Notes under the pieces: model-generated
Told to the model about the DNA's origin: nothing
The model's database searches: none
The model's input: only the letters and a program-made list of their open reading frames with translations
Program-made: the position numbers and the translations under genes
Origin: Octopus bimaculoides
Lineage: Eukaryota
DNA: 52,362 nucleotides
Direction: 5' to 3'
Assembly: GCF_001194135.2 (NCBI RefSeq)
Contig: NC_068983.1
Span: 123,450,173 to 123,502,534 of the forward strand
In this document: positions 35,136-46,582 of the stretch, in pieces
How the letters are laid out: each line of letters opens with the position of its first letter
Position numbering within the stretch: the stretch's first letter is position 1

Positions 35136-35827
35136 GTGGCTCATCAGACCTGCTGGCCAGAAACACATAACCTCTTTACTAATAGTGGTAAGAATAGTTG
35201 CATACTTACACACACACATGCGTATGCACATGCACACACACACACACATTCATTATGAAGTAAGTAATAAAGAAATTATATCAAAAAGTGGATTTTATAA
35301 TAGATGTTATCTAAATGAAAAACACACTTTCTTATAATATATGTACTAAATTTTGCATTATACACACATGTATGCTTATACACAACTGTAAGTATGTGTG
35401 TGTATATATATATGTCTGTGTTCCAAAAATAAAAAATAAAACACAAAAATGAAGTCAAAGAACAACAGAGAGTATTAGGTTTATTCTCAGGAAAAATGGA
35501 AGATGTGTATGTGTATACATTTATAATCGGTCAGTTGTTCATAAATACTTTATAAGTCCAAAAAATAGCACACTCTAAAAAATGCTCTGAGCAGTATTAT
35601 GTAATCGTCGGTTATGGCCAGTCAGAGAGTTACCATTGCTTTCACACCTCTTATGTTCTTAGAAATATCGGTGGCTCATCAGGCATGCTGGCCAGAAACA
35701 CAAAACCTCTTTACTAATGGTGGTAAGAATACAGTCTTAGTCAGCAAAGGTTGTGAAAAAAATCCCTGAAACAAAATCCTTTGAAGTGAAAATCCTTCTG
35801 GGCAACATAGATTTGTGTCTGAAAATT

Positions 35828-36165
35828 ATGGCATAGTGGTTAAGAGCATGGGCTACTAACTCCAAGATTCTGAGATCAATTCCAGGCAGTGACCTGAATA
35901 ATAATAATAATAACAATAATAATAACAATAATAATAACAATAATAATAACAATAATAATAACAATAATGATAACAATAATAATAATAATAATAACATTGA
36001 AGAATACTTTAGGAATGGGAACCCAGGTTCGAAATTACCCCAAGACACCTGATGAAGGCTGGAGGGTATATCAGCCGAAACATTGTGTTAACAACAAACA
36101 AGATGAGGATAAATATCAGTCAAATGTAAATAACGTACATAATTCCTCATCTCTTTAATATAGAA
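35828..36165 (+). mobile_element. SINE-like unit: tRNA head, (AAT/AAC)n tract and Penelope tail with hammerhead motif
   Basis: Box A TGGCATAGTGG and box-B-like AGATCAATTCC; homologous to 15255-15480 and 14512-14682; no Penelope ORF recognised upstream. Confidence 0.85.
36044..36089 (+). ncRNA. Minimal type I hammerhead ribozyme-like motif
   Basis: GACAC-CTGATGA-A-GGCTG-GAGGGTATAT-CAGCC-GAAAC-ATT-GTGTT: intact CUGAUGA and GAAA core, 5-bp helices I and II. The G of AACGTT has decayed to A. Confidence 0.65.
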
Positions 36166-36589
36166 CTGTAACTCTTTATTATTTTCTTGAACCAACACAT
36201 GTAAAATATGAATAGAACTTTTCAATTTTCTATCTAAATAGCATCATCATCATTATCACCACCACCAGCCCATCCCCTCCACCACCCCTATCCCACACCA
36301 CCACCACCATCATCATCTTTATCCTGAAAGATATACAAAGACTTTTTAATAAGATTAACTATAAGGTTTTAGAAACTTTTTAGTTTAATGATTTTTCCCC
36401 CTTGCTGCTAATGGATTGTCTTATTTGGTGTAAGTTGCTGGTAGTAGAGTGGTAACAAGGATCAATAATAAAGAAAAGAAATGAATATAAAAAATAAAAC
36501 TATCTTCAATTCATAAAATTCTAATTACCTGTAATTGTGTGAGAAGGCTAGGTGGAAAATGTCAAACTATAAAGTGGGTTATTATTCTT

Positions 36590-37225
36590 TCTGTGGATTT
36601 TCAGATCGTTGCCATTCCCCTGGACTGGTTCTTGTGCGGGGCCGTCATAGGATTTTCAAGCGAGATCGTTGCCAGTGCCCCTGGACTGACTCTTGTGTGG
36701 GTGGCACATGAAATTTTTCGAGCGAGATCGTTGCCAGTGCCCCTGGACTGGCTCTTGTGCAGGGCCGTCGTAGGATTTTCGAGCGAGATCGTTGCCAGTG
36801 CCCCTGNNNNNNNNNNNNNNNNNNNNNNNNNNNNNNNNNNNNNNNNNNNNNNNNNNNNNNNNNNNAATGCACCATTTTGATCGTGACCGTTGCCAGTGCC
36901 GCCTGGCTGGCCTTCGTGGGATTTTTGAGCGAGATCGTTGCCAGTGCCCTTGGACTGGCTCTTGTGCAGGTGGCACATAAAATGCACCATTTTGAGCGTG
37001 GTCGTTGCCAGTACCGCCTGACTGGCCTTCGTGCAGGTGACACGTAAAAGCACCCACTACACTCTCTGAGTGGTTGGCGTTAGGAAGGGCATCCAGCTGT
37101 AGAAACTCTGCCAAATCAGATTGGAGCCTGGTGTAGCCATCTGGTTTCACCAGTCCTCAGTCAAATCGTCCAACCCATGCTAGTATGGAAAGTGGACGTT
37201 AAACGAGAATGATGATGAATGATGA
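36590..37225 (+). mobile_element. RTE LINE 3' UTR with an expanded modular hairpin tandem array and (ATG)n tail
   Basis: At least 7 units anchored on CGTTGCCA, then GGTTGGCGTTAGGAAGGGCATCCAGCTGTAGAAAC...GGACGTTAAACG and a GAT tail. Same 3' end as the RTE at 47262-48760. Confidence 0.85.
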
Positions 37226-37378
37226 TGTAGAGTCTGGTTCTTTACTTTCTAAGTTCAAACCCTACCAAGGTCAACTTTACCTTTTATCTCTTCAGGGTTG
37301 ATAGAATAACATACCAGCCATGTATTAGGGGAAGTGATACTGACTAATCTTCTTCCCAAAATTTCAGGTCTGCCACAA
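37226..37378 (+). mobile_element. SINE family B, diverged
   Basis: AAGTTCAAACCCTACCAAGGTCAACTTTACCTTTT...GGGTTGATAGAATAACATACCAG...AAAATTTCAGGTC. Confidence 0.55.
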
Positions 37379-37384
37379 ACAATT

Positions 37385-39930
37385 ATTTTTATTATTATCA
37401 TTGAGTCTCTTGCTTTTGTCTCATACTACTGGGTTCAAACCATGGTTCTGAGGTTATATAAGGTAGATGTTTTTACTTTGTTACTTTGATAACAGCACTC
37501 TTTGTAGTATATGTGCGGTTCATAGGAGGGTTGGTTATTGTAGGGTGGTGTTTCCTGAGATTTTGTTGGTGAATTTTTCCAATCCCTTTTTAATTAACCC
37601 AAGTCCTTCGGTTACTACCAGGTGGTTCTGTCCCACATTCTGGAGCCCTCAGTCTCAAGGTCTGCTGGTATTGTTCTTTAAACTTAATGAAGATGTTATG
37701 GTCTACTGGTATTGTCATATCAGTCAAGATATTGGTGGTCCATCAGTGTCCGATGATGTCAAAGTCTGTGTTCTCAGCAATGAGAGCGCATGTGATTCTG
37801 CAGTCCAGAGCTGGAAGCACACAGGTGCCCACAGGTGTCATAGTCTCTTGTCTGGATTGAGGTGGATGTTGCACTCTGACGCCTGTTTCTTGCAGCAGCA
37901 AGATGTTGTTGCTTGTTCTCTTTGAAGGCAGCTGCTGCTTGTGGAGTGAGAGACCTCTACATTGATCTGTCTGCAGCAGAGACTTCAAGTTTGCATAGAC
38001 TAATGCTGCTCCATTTGAGATTGCTTTCCAGGGTGTTCTTGTACCTCAGTTTATCAATCAAGATACTTGTTCTATATTTGACATTTTCAATTACAAAGCC
38101 TGGAATGTTTGCTTTGACTTCTCTGTCAGAACAAGCATGTCCCATGGAATAACAACATTATCATTCTTGGCAACTGTTTCTGGTTTGTGATCATACTATT
38201 TCCAGAGACTTTGATGCAATATTTTCTACAGAATTTCCAGTGTAATTATGCTGATATTTTGTTGTGGCAGTGGATATATTCATTTTTTGCCAATACTGAA
38301 GATGTGGTCAGTGGTTTTTTGAAAGGTTCTGCATATTCTACATGTTTTGTTCATACCATCTTTGATGATGCAGTGTTTATATGACCTGGTGATAAGACTT
38401 TGATTTTGAATGGGTCCAATATCTTTGAGCCATGGATTCATCTGTTGTAGGTCAACATCTTCCTCTTCAAGCTTTGTTGGTATTTGCTGCATAACTTTTC
38501 CTTTCCAGTTTTATTTTGCCTTTTGTCTTTCCTACAAGCAAAAAATGTAGCTACCACTTTTTCATTTTGTGTTAATTCTGGGAAATTTTAGTACCGCTGC
38601 ACTTTGACTATTGTCAGCATTTTCTTTGAAATAGTATCTAGTTTCCAAATTTCACTCATTGTCCAGTTCATGTTATTGAAACTGTGTGTTACCACATGTA
38701 TAGCAAATGTATTGATAACTTCAAATTTGTTAGAGGCATTTAGTTCTGTCTTTAGTATCATTCCTATTCTGTAATACACTTTTTGAATTTTTTCTTTCAT
38801 GTCACAGTGTTGTGTGCCATCTTCATACACACCTAAGTTTTTGTATGTACCTTCCAAAGTCAGTTACTTGATTTTGGTGCATTTCCAAAATGAATCGTTG
38901 ATGTTATAATAAGCTTACCCCTCTTGAATGTAGCCGTAGCATAAGTATCTAATCTGTACTTCATTTTAATATCATCACTGAAGCTCTTTACTATGGTTTG
39001 TAGGCCAGCTTGTTCGTTATTATTCAAGTTTGTTTTTAGAGTGTTCATATAAAACAGGTGGTTTGATTTGCTGGGTTTTTTTTTGTTTGTTTCATAACCA
39101 TAATTGTTGTTATTGAGTAAAGTACTGAGTGATGTTAGCGTGATGCAGAAAAGCAGTGGAGAGAGTGAATCTCCTTGAAAAATTTTATTCTTCATGCGAT
39201 GACTCTTGGTGTTAGTGACCATTTATTGTGGTTTAGATTTACAGTTGTTTTCCAATTTTCCATAGTCCCTTTTATGAAATTTATTGTGATAAGAAGAATT
39301 CTATAGATTTCAAGTCTCTTTCCTATCCATGTTTGTGGTACACTGTCAAAAAAAGCCTTTTGTAGTAAACCAAGGCTGTTGATAGTTTTTTTCCTTTTTG
39401 ATCTTTTTGATTTGGCTTCTTCAAGTAGGCATTTATTAATAAGCAACTGATATTAGCATCCATAGTTTCGACTTTTACATTCTTTCTGGCTGCAAGCTGA
39501 TGTTAATAAAGAAGATGCCAGTCTTCTCAGTAATAATAGAAGTTCTTATTTATTATTAGTAGGCAGGTAATGAGTGTGTAGTTTTGGGTTTATGTGTCTT
39601 CTGTCTTAGGAAGCAGGTACATTATGCATTGTGTTCACCATTTCAGACAATCATGTGAATTATTTATGGTTGATTGAACACATTAATAAGGTCTTAGTGG
39701 ATACTGGATAAATTTTTTATCTATAAATTTACAATACCACCTAGTCCAGATGACTTTCAGTTACTCGACTTTTTGATGGCATTTGTGGTTTCTGTGATGT
39801 TGATATCTGACTAGTCCTGGTAATCTCTGTTCTTATTTTGATCCTGTTCTTATTTCGATACAAGGTGCCTAATCAACCAAGCAGGGTGCTACATTATTCT
39901 CTTCATTTAGGAAGATACTATATATCCCTC
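37385..39930 (-). mobile_element. Degenerate R4/Dong-type LINE
   Basis: Reverse strand KAFFDSVPQTWI, IFQGDSLSPLLFCI, NHLFYMNTLK, TYKNLGVYE, NASNKFEVINTFAIHVVTHSF and CRICRTFQKTTDHI; 3' end in an (AAT)-like tail at about 37385. Confidence 0.9.
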
Positions 39931-40603
39931 ACTTTCTGACATTGTACATTTCTACTTTTTCCTTGTCCAGCTTTGCACACTCTCTCAGAAAGTGGGTGGG
40001 AAACGCAGCCAGTTCACAGTGCAAGCAATCTGTGCCCTACAGGGGAATTCAGATAACAACATATGTTAATTTATATGTTCAAAATATATCCAGGCAGGTG
40101 ATGTCCTGGAATTTGGATAATTTGCAAGAAATAAATTATTAGATAGAAGTAGATGCACTTACTTTGTGAAATGTAAATTAAGACATTACTTTCAGTTTTG
40201 TCATTCTGCATTTAATATCATTTTGTTTGGTGGCCTGTGATGAATTTTTTATTTCTTTCAGAAATTGACCCTGTGACCAACTTGTTTGTCATAGGCTTGA
40301 GTTTTGCTGTGGCATTCATTTTTGTTGTTGTTGCTATACATGCACACATATGTACACACATACATACAGACAAATAGAGAGAAAGAGATAGTGATGCCTA
40401 GGCATGAAACTAGGTATTAGTATTCTTCGGTTGATAACTGATGAAGTGTTAGGGTTCTGGTGTCTGTCCTATGTGTACGTTTTGTAGTATTTAATGCATT
40501 TTTCATCTATGGAATAACTGAATGCCATGCATCCTTACTTTTGTTAACAGTAAGTTTATGTATGTATGTATGTATGTATGTATGTACGTATGTGTGCATG
40601 TAT

Positions 40604-40634
<31 letters not shown>

Positions 40635-40824
40635 NNNNNNNNNNNNNNNNNNNNNNNNNNNNNNNNNNNNNNNNNNNNNNNNNNNNNNNNNNNNNNNNNN
40701 NNNNNNNNNNNNNNNNNNNNNNNNNNNNNNNNNNNNNNNNNNNNNNNNNNNNNNNNNNNNNNNNNNNNNNNNNNNNNNNNNNNNNNNNNNNNNNNNNNNN
40801 NNNNNNNNNNNNNNNNNNNNNNNN

Positions 40825-41930
40825 ATATATATACTCTCTCTCATTTTCTACAATGCTCTTCTATCTACCTGGTTGACTTGCAAGGCCCCTCTTCCAGAAT
40901 CTACTTGTCCGTGACAAAAAATACACCTTCTGTACTGTTCTGACCTCGTCTACAGAATTCATATTTTTTCCATCCAAATGATTTCGTAGACTGTGGAATA
41001 AATGATAACCAGAAGAGGTATCGTTTCCCATTCAAACTGCTCCAGCCTTTGGAATGTCTTCCTCACTGTATGTAGCTGAGCATTAACCTGATGGAAGACC
41101 ACATTTTGTCTTCAAACCAAAGATGGTCATTTATCTTCTAGCATTGACTTAAGCCACTCAAGATGCTTGCAGTACGTCTCTTTTGTTATCATTTGGTTTG
41201 GGTTTAAAAGTTCAAAGTGGACTAAACCTTTCATATCCCACCAAACAGATAACAACACCTTACATGGGTGAAGACCCTCTTTAGTCTGGGGTGCTGGTGT
41301 TTCTCCTTTCTCTACCCACTGTCTTCAGTGCTTGACATTTTTATAGAGAACTCATTTCTCATCACCAGTCACTATTTGGTCCAAAAAAGGTTCATTCGTG
41401 AGACATGACAGCAAAGAAGAGCATACATTCACTCTCTGCACACGATTAGACTTGGAAATTTGTGATGAATCCATTGACCCAATTTGCTGACTTTTCTCAT
41501 GGAACGCAGGTGTCGGTGAATGGTTAAATGACCAAATCCAAGTTTTTCTGCTAGTTCCTCAAAAGTTACGATGAGATTTTGTTTCATCAGTGTTTGCAGA
41601 ACATCCTTGTTGATCTCTACAGATCTTCCAGGATGAGGCTTATCTTCTAGGCTGTAGTTTCTGGCTCAGAATTTCTGAAACCACCATTAACACTGGCTTA
41701 CACATATTGTGCAATCCCCATATACTGCATTAATATTCCTTGCACTTTCTGTTGCATCATTGCTTTTATTGAACTCATAAAATTCCCAAATTCACAACAT
41801 TTCCACTATACAAATTCAAAGACAATGCTAGCCAAAATGAACGAATTAGCAAAGAAGTACATTTCATAAGAAAATACCGACCAAGTCTAAATTCTCTAAA
41901 CTAGCAACACTGAGACTTTCATATATATTT
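40825..41930 (-). mobile_element. Degenerate mariner (SETMAR-like) transposon
   Basis: Reverse strand YEFNKSNDAT, YSLEDKPHPGRSVEI, TIHRHLRSMRKVSKLGQWIHH, RKTFQRLEQFEWETIP and NHLDGKNMNSVDEVRTV...FWKRGLAS. Confidence 0.82.
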
Positions 41931-42464
41931 TTATATATCTATATGTGGATTTACAAGTTATTCATTAGAAATAAACAAAGGGGATCGAAGAACCCGATTT
42001 CTATTAAAACCACAGGGGAAACAACTTCACCACCACGACTCCTACTACTACTACTGCTATTGTTATTATCATTACTGTTGCTGGTTATTCAACGGCTACA
42101 ACCACTCCTAGAAAACAAGTCTTGACCACTATTTAATTTACAAAAACAGATAGTAGTAATCTACTACCACAACGAGTTGAAATTATCATGCCTTCAGAAC
42201 AGAACGAAAGGACCACGTGCGCATGCAAGAAATAACAGTAAACTATGAATGTCATTCTTAATTTTAATTTCAATTTTATTTTATTAATAGCCCTCTTCTC
42301 TTCTCACATATTTTATACTCATTTTTGATAAGGTTTTTCAAGAAAACTGAAACATGTAATGTAAATTAATAGCATATAACTGGTCAGAAAGTTACCATTG
42401 CTTTCATGTTTACTATTGCACTTGGCAATAGTATATATCTTCTTTGTCGTTATCAACATCATCA

Positions 42465-43200
42465 TTGTTTTTTTACATCTGCTTTCCAATGGCATGGTTT
42501 GAACAGGTCATCACACCCTGAGTCTGTCCTGGATGGATGAGAGTGTCACATGTCACATGCCTGAGTTTTTTGGCATGGCTTATACAGCTGAACACTCTTC
42601 ATAACATTAACCACTGTGCAGGGTGTATTAGACATATTTTATTACAGCACCAGTACCTGTAAAGTTGCCTCGCTTAGAGGAAGAATAGAAGAAGGGTGAT
42701 GATGGTAACTGAGCTTAAGTGAGGTGATGAGAGAAGTAGCAGTATAATAAAGGAACAAAGTTATTAGAGTGAGAAGGTGGTAAGGGGGAGAGTAATAGAA
42801 GAGAGTGTAATGCATGAAGTAATTGAAGAGAAACAGTAATGTTAGGGGTTGCTGGAAGAAAGGCAGTTTTGGCAACTATGTGTTTGGTGGTAAGAGGACG
42901 AGTGATTGATGAATAGTGATAGAAGGGGTCTGATGGTAAAGAGAAGAATGCAGTATGTCATCCATAAGAAAGCTTGGGAAAAAGGGGTTATTGACTGACA
43001 AATGTATATTGATGAAGAGAAAGATTCCTTTATTCACACCACATGATATTGTGATGGAAGAAAGAATGAGAGAAAAAGAGAAGGAAGAGTTGAGTGATAA
43101 GGATATGGGAGCAGAACAGTGAGAAATCTAGTACTATGCATTGTTATATTGGCAACATGGTACAATGGATATGAAATGTTGAGTAGAAAAGGATGAGCAT
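42465..43200 (-). mobile_element. Old RTE-like 3' remnant
   Basis: CATCTGCTTTCC...TATACAGCTGAACACTCTTCATAACATTAACCACT is a decayed match to CTACAGCTGGATGCCCTTCCTAACGCCAACCACT. Confidence 0.4.
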
Positions 43201-43290
43201 CATTATCCCACATTTTAGCATTCTCTTTGACATGCTTGCTTGGATTGGCAGGTCTTCTCTAACACTGAGTATAACCAATCATTGGATTAA

Positions 43291-43507
43291 CCTTTTTGAT
43301 ACCAACCCAGCTGAAACTGCCTCTGGGTCTGTAGTACAAATGTCTTGTTTTCATAAGTTTTGAATTAAAATCTTCCACCAAACATTAGTCACAATTTATG
43401 TTCCTAACACTTAATGATAACTAAGTTATTTTACTAAATTCTTTTTATATTTAAAATTAATTAAAAGAAACACAGAGCATCTCAAAATAAATACAGTAAC
43501 AAAAGGG
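43291..43507. mobile_element. piggyBac-like MITE
   Basis: TTAA|CCTTTTTGATAC ... GTAACAAAAGGG|TTAA: TTAA TSDs at 43287-43290 and 43508-43511 with short CCC-type TIRs. Confidence 0.85.
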
Positions 43508-43758
43508 TTAAAGTATCAGTCAGCACTTTGCAAAGTGGTTCATTAGTGTAACAAATGCAGCCAGTGCACTGTTGTGGTGTTGGCAAATGGGCTTGTTCTT
43601 AATACAATATAATTGCAATAAATGCAATAAATGTGAGGGTGAGATATTCAAGTTGTGTTTTTTTTTTTAGAGGTGACCCACAGCATCAGTATACCAGATG
43701 TATCAGATTCCTGCCAGATTCACAACATAGAACATTCCATAAATAAATAAATAAATAA

Positions 43759-43805
<47 letters not shown>

Positions 43806-43889
43806 CACATGTATATATATATTTGGAGAATGCATACATGGGCAGATATACATACACAAATAAATTGATGCCTTTTTTTTTTATCTTTT

Positions 43890-44075
43890 TCTTTGTTTCA
43901 GTCATCAGACTGCTTCCATGCTAGGGCTCTTCCTTGAATTTTTACTGAAAGGAATCAACTCCAGTATATTTCTTTAAAGTCTGGTATTTATTCTATCAGT
44001 CTCTTTTGCTGAACCACTAAGTTAGAGGGATGTAAACACTAATATTGGTTGTCAAGCAGTGGCAGGGGACAAACA
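43890..44075 (-). mobile_element. SINE family C, 3' half
   Basis: TTGTTTCAGTCATCAGACTGC...CTGGTATTTATTCTATCAGTCTCTTTTGCTGAACCACTAAGTTA...GGTTGTCAAGCAGTGG. Confidence 0.75.
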
Positions 44076-44107
44076 CACACACACACACACATGCACATGT
44101 GTGCACA

Positions 44108-44139
<32 letters not shown>

Positions 44140-44149
44140 CACATACATA

Positions 44150-44450
44150 CAGCATGATCGTTACCAGCGTCGCCTTACTGGCACTTGTACCGGTGGTACG
44201 TGGAAAACACCATTTGAGCATGGTCATTGCCAGTACCCCTTGACTCGCCCTCGTGCTGGTGGCACGTAAAAGCACCGACTACATTCTCGGAGTGGTTGGC
44301 GTTAAGAAGGGCATCCAGCTGTAGAAACTCTGCCAGATCAGATTGGAGCCTGGTGCAGCCATCTGGCTCACTAGTACTCAGTCAAACCATCCAACCCATG
44401 CCAGCATAGAAAGCGGACATTAAACGATGATGATGATGATGATGATATAA
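44150..44450 (+). mobile_element. RTE 3' UTR copy (2 array units) with (GAT)n tail
   Basis: GTGGTTGGCGTTAAGAAGGGCATCCAGCTGTAGAAACTCTGCC...CGGACATTAAACGATGATG. Confidence 0.85.
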
Positions 44451-45074
44451 ATGATATGTATATATATATATATATATATATNNNNNNNNNNNNNNNNNNN
44501 NNNNNNNNNNNNNNNNNNNNNNNNNNNNNNNNNNNNNNNNNNNNNNNNNNNNNNNNNNNNNNNNNNNNNNNNNNNNNNNNNNNNNNNNNNNNNNNNNNNN
44601 NNNNNNNNNNNNNNNNNNNNNNNNNNNNNNNNNNNNNNNNNNNNNNNNNNNNNNNNNNNNNNNNNNNNNNNNNNNNNNNNNNNNNNNNNNNNNNNNNNNN
44701 NNNNNNNNNNNNNNNNNNNNNNNNNNNNNNNNNNNNNNNNNNNNNNNNNNNNNNNNNNNNNNNNNNNNNNNNNNNNNNNNNNNNNNNNNNNNNNNNNNNN
44801 NNNNNNNNNNNNNNNNNNNNNNNNNNNNNNNNNNNNNNNNNNNNNNNNNNNNNNNNNNNNNNNNNNNNNNNNNNNNNNNNNNNNNNNNNNNNNNNNNNNN
44901 NNNNNNNNNNNNNNNNNNNNNNNNNNNNNNNNNNNNNNNNNNNNNNNNNNNNNNNNNNNNNNNNNNNNNNNNNNNNNNNNNNNNNNNNNNTTTGTAGCCA
45001 GCTTTATAGTTTGTTTTATAGTCAAGTACAACAACATCTGTTTTAACACACGATTTCACATCAAAAATCTTGCA

Positions 45075-45325
45075 ATGTGCGGGTGGCATATAAAATACAC
45101 CATTTTGAGCGTGGCCGTTGCCAGTATCCCCTGGTGGCACGTAAAAAGCACCCACTACACTCTCTGAGTGGTTGGCGTTAGGAAGGGCATCCAGCTGTAG
45201 AAACTCTGCCAAATCAGATTGGAGCCTGGTGTAGCCATCTGGTTTCACCAGTCCTCAGTCAAATCGTCCAACGCATGCTAGCATGGAAAGCAGATGTTAA
45301 ACGACGATGATGATGATGATGATAT
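45075..45325 (+). mobile_element. RTE 3' UTR copy (1 truncated array unit) with (GAT)n tail
   Basis: Near-identical to 37050-37200. Confidence 0.88.
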
Positions 45326-45391
45326 ATATATATATATATATTATTTATATTATTATATGATTGAACACCACGATCCTCTTCCAAGTAAGTT

Positions 45392-45423
<32 letters not shown>

Positions 45424-46224
45424 AAATACATATACATTATACATACACACACACACACACATATATACATGCATACTGCATGCGGTGTTAAGTTATCGTA
45501 AATTTAAAACAGCATAAATGAATTAACACCTTTGTGACTTTTGGGCTACCCTATATATAGGATATAAGCCTTTTTTTCAGTTTTTGTCTACCATATTCAC
45601 TCAGATGGTGTTGGTCAGCCCAGCGTTATAGCAGATGCTGGCCCAAGATGCCACACACTTGAGCTGCCACTAAGCAGCTCTCTTGTTACCTTGTAGGAGC
45701 TTTGTGTGGTGGTAGTAGTGGTGGTAGTAGTGGTGATGGTGGAAGCAGTGCCAGTGGTGTAGGTTATGATGAGGCTGACATCCCCATCCACTAGGTTTCT
45801 GTTACAGTTTGTCTTTGATATATAATTAGCAATGGTTAACCATTCTCTTCTGTCTCCCTAAATAACTTACATAATATGGAATAACATCACATTTATGGGA
45901 ATATTTGGGAAGAAATTCTGACAATTACCTGAAGCATGTTCATTGTGTCAGAACTGGCAATACATATCATTCAAATAATGCAACTGTTATAAACACCCGA
46001 AAGTTCTTCGTTTGCAGAAATGCTCAGACACCAAGCGCTATATTTTATAAATAGCATCATGACTATCTCTGCCTATATTGCATGCTAATATGGATCATTT
46101 CCAGAATTGTGGTTGCAATTACCAATTTTCAGTTTATTTTTTTCTTTTTCAATTAGTTAAAATAAATACATTGTTAACAATGGAAAATTATATTAATATC
46201 TAAAAGGATGTTTTCTGAAAGAAA

Positions 46225-46372
46225 TTGGCTGTGTGGTTAAGAAGCTCGCTTAACAGCCACATGGTTTTGACTTTGGTGCCACTGTATGGCACCTTGGTCA
46301 AGTGTCTTCTACTATAACCCTGAGTCACAAATGCATTGTAAGTGAATTTGGTAGATGGAAACTGTGGGCAAG
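46225..46372 (+). mobile_element. SINE family C, 5' half, diverged
   Basis: TGGCTGTGTGGTTAAGAAGCTCGC...TGGCACCTTGGTCAAGTGTCTTCTACTATA...GTGAATTTGGTAGATGGAAACTG. Confidence 0.75.
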
Positions 46373-46582
46373 CTTGTTTTACTTATTTATAAATATGTAT
46401 GTATGTATGTCATGAAGTACATATGTATGTACATATATACTTTATGATACAAACGTACTTGATGACAAGAACTGAAATGAAATCAAAAGTATGAGCTTGA
46501 AGTAGCCATTTTTGCATGTGTCATTCACAAAGATTTTTAAGCAAAAGAATATAAAGCATTTTCTTCCAGTTTTCATTTCATA

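Noticed and set aside
36600-37045. CRISPR-like repeat-spacer array
   Set aside because: The context is eukaryotic with no cas genes, the spacers are homologous to each other, and the array is part of an RTE 3' UTR.
40262-40340. Possible exon after the strong acceptor TTTCTTTCAG
   Set aside because: Phase 0 hits a stop after 4 codons, the open frame (IDPVTNLFVIG...) has no FA2H similarity, and no donor is evident.
40390-40450. Palindrome ATGCCTAGGCAT followed by GAAACTAGGTA as a hammerhead
   Set aside because: The CUGANGA half is missing upstream of the stem, and the downstream CTGATGA does not form convincing helices.
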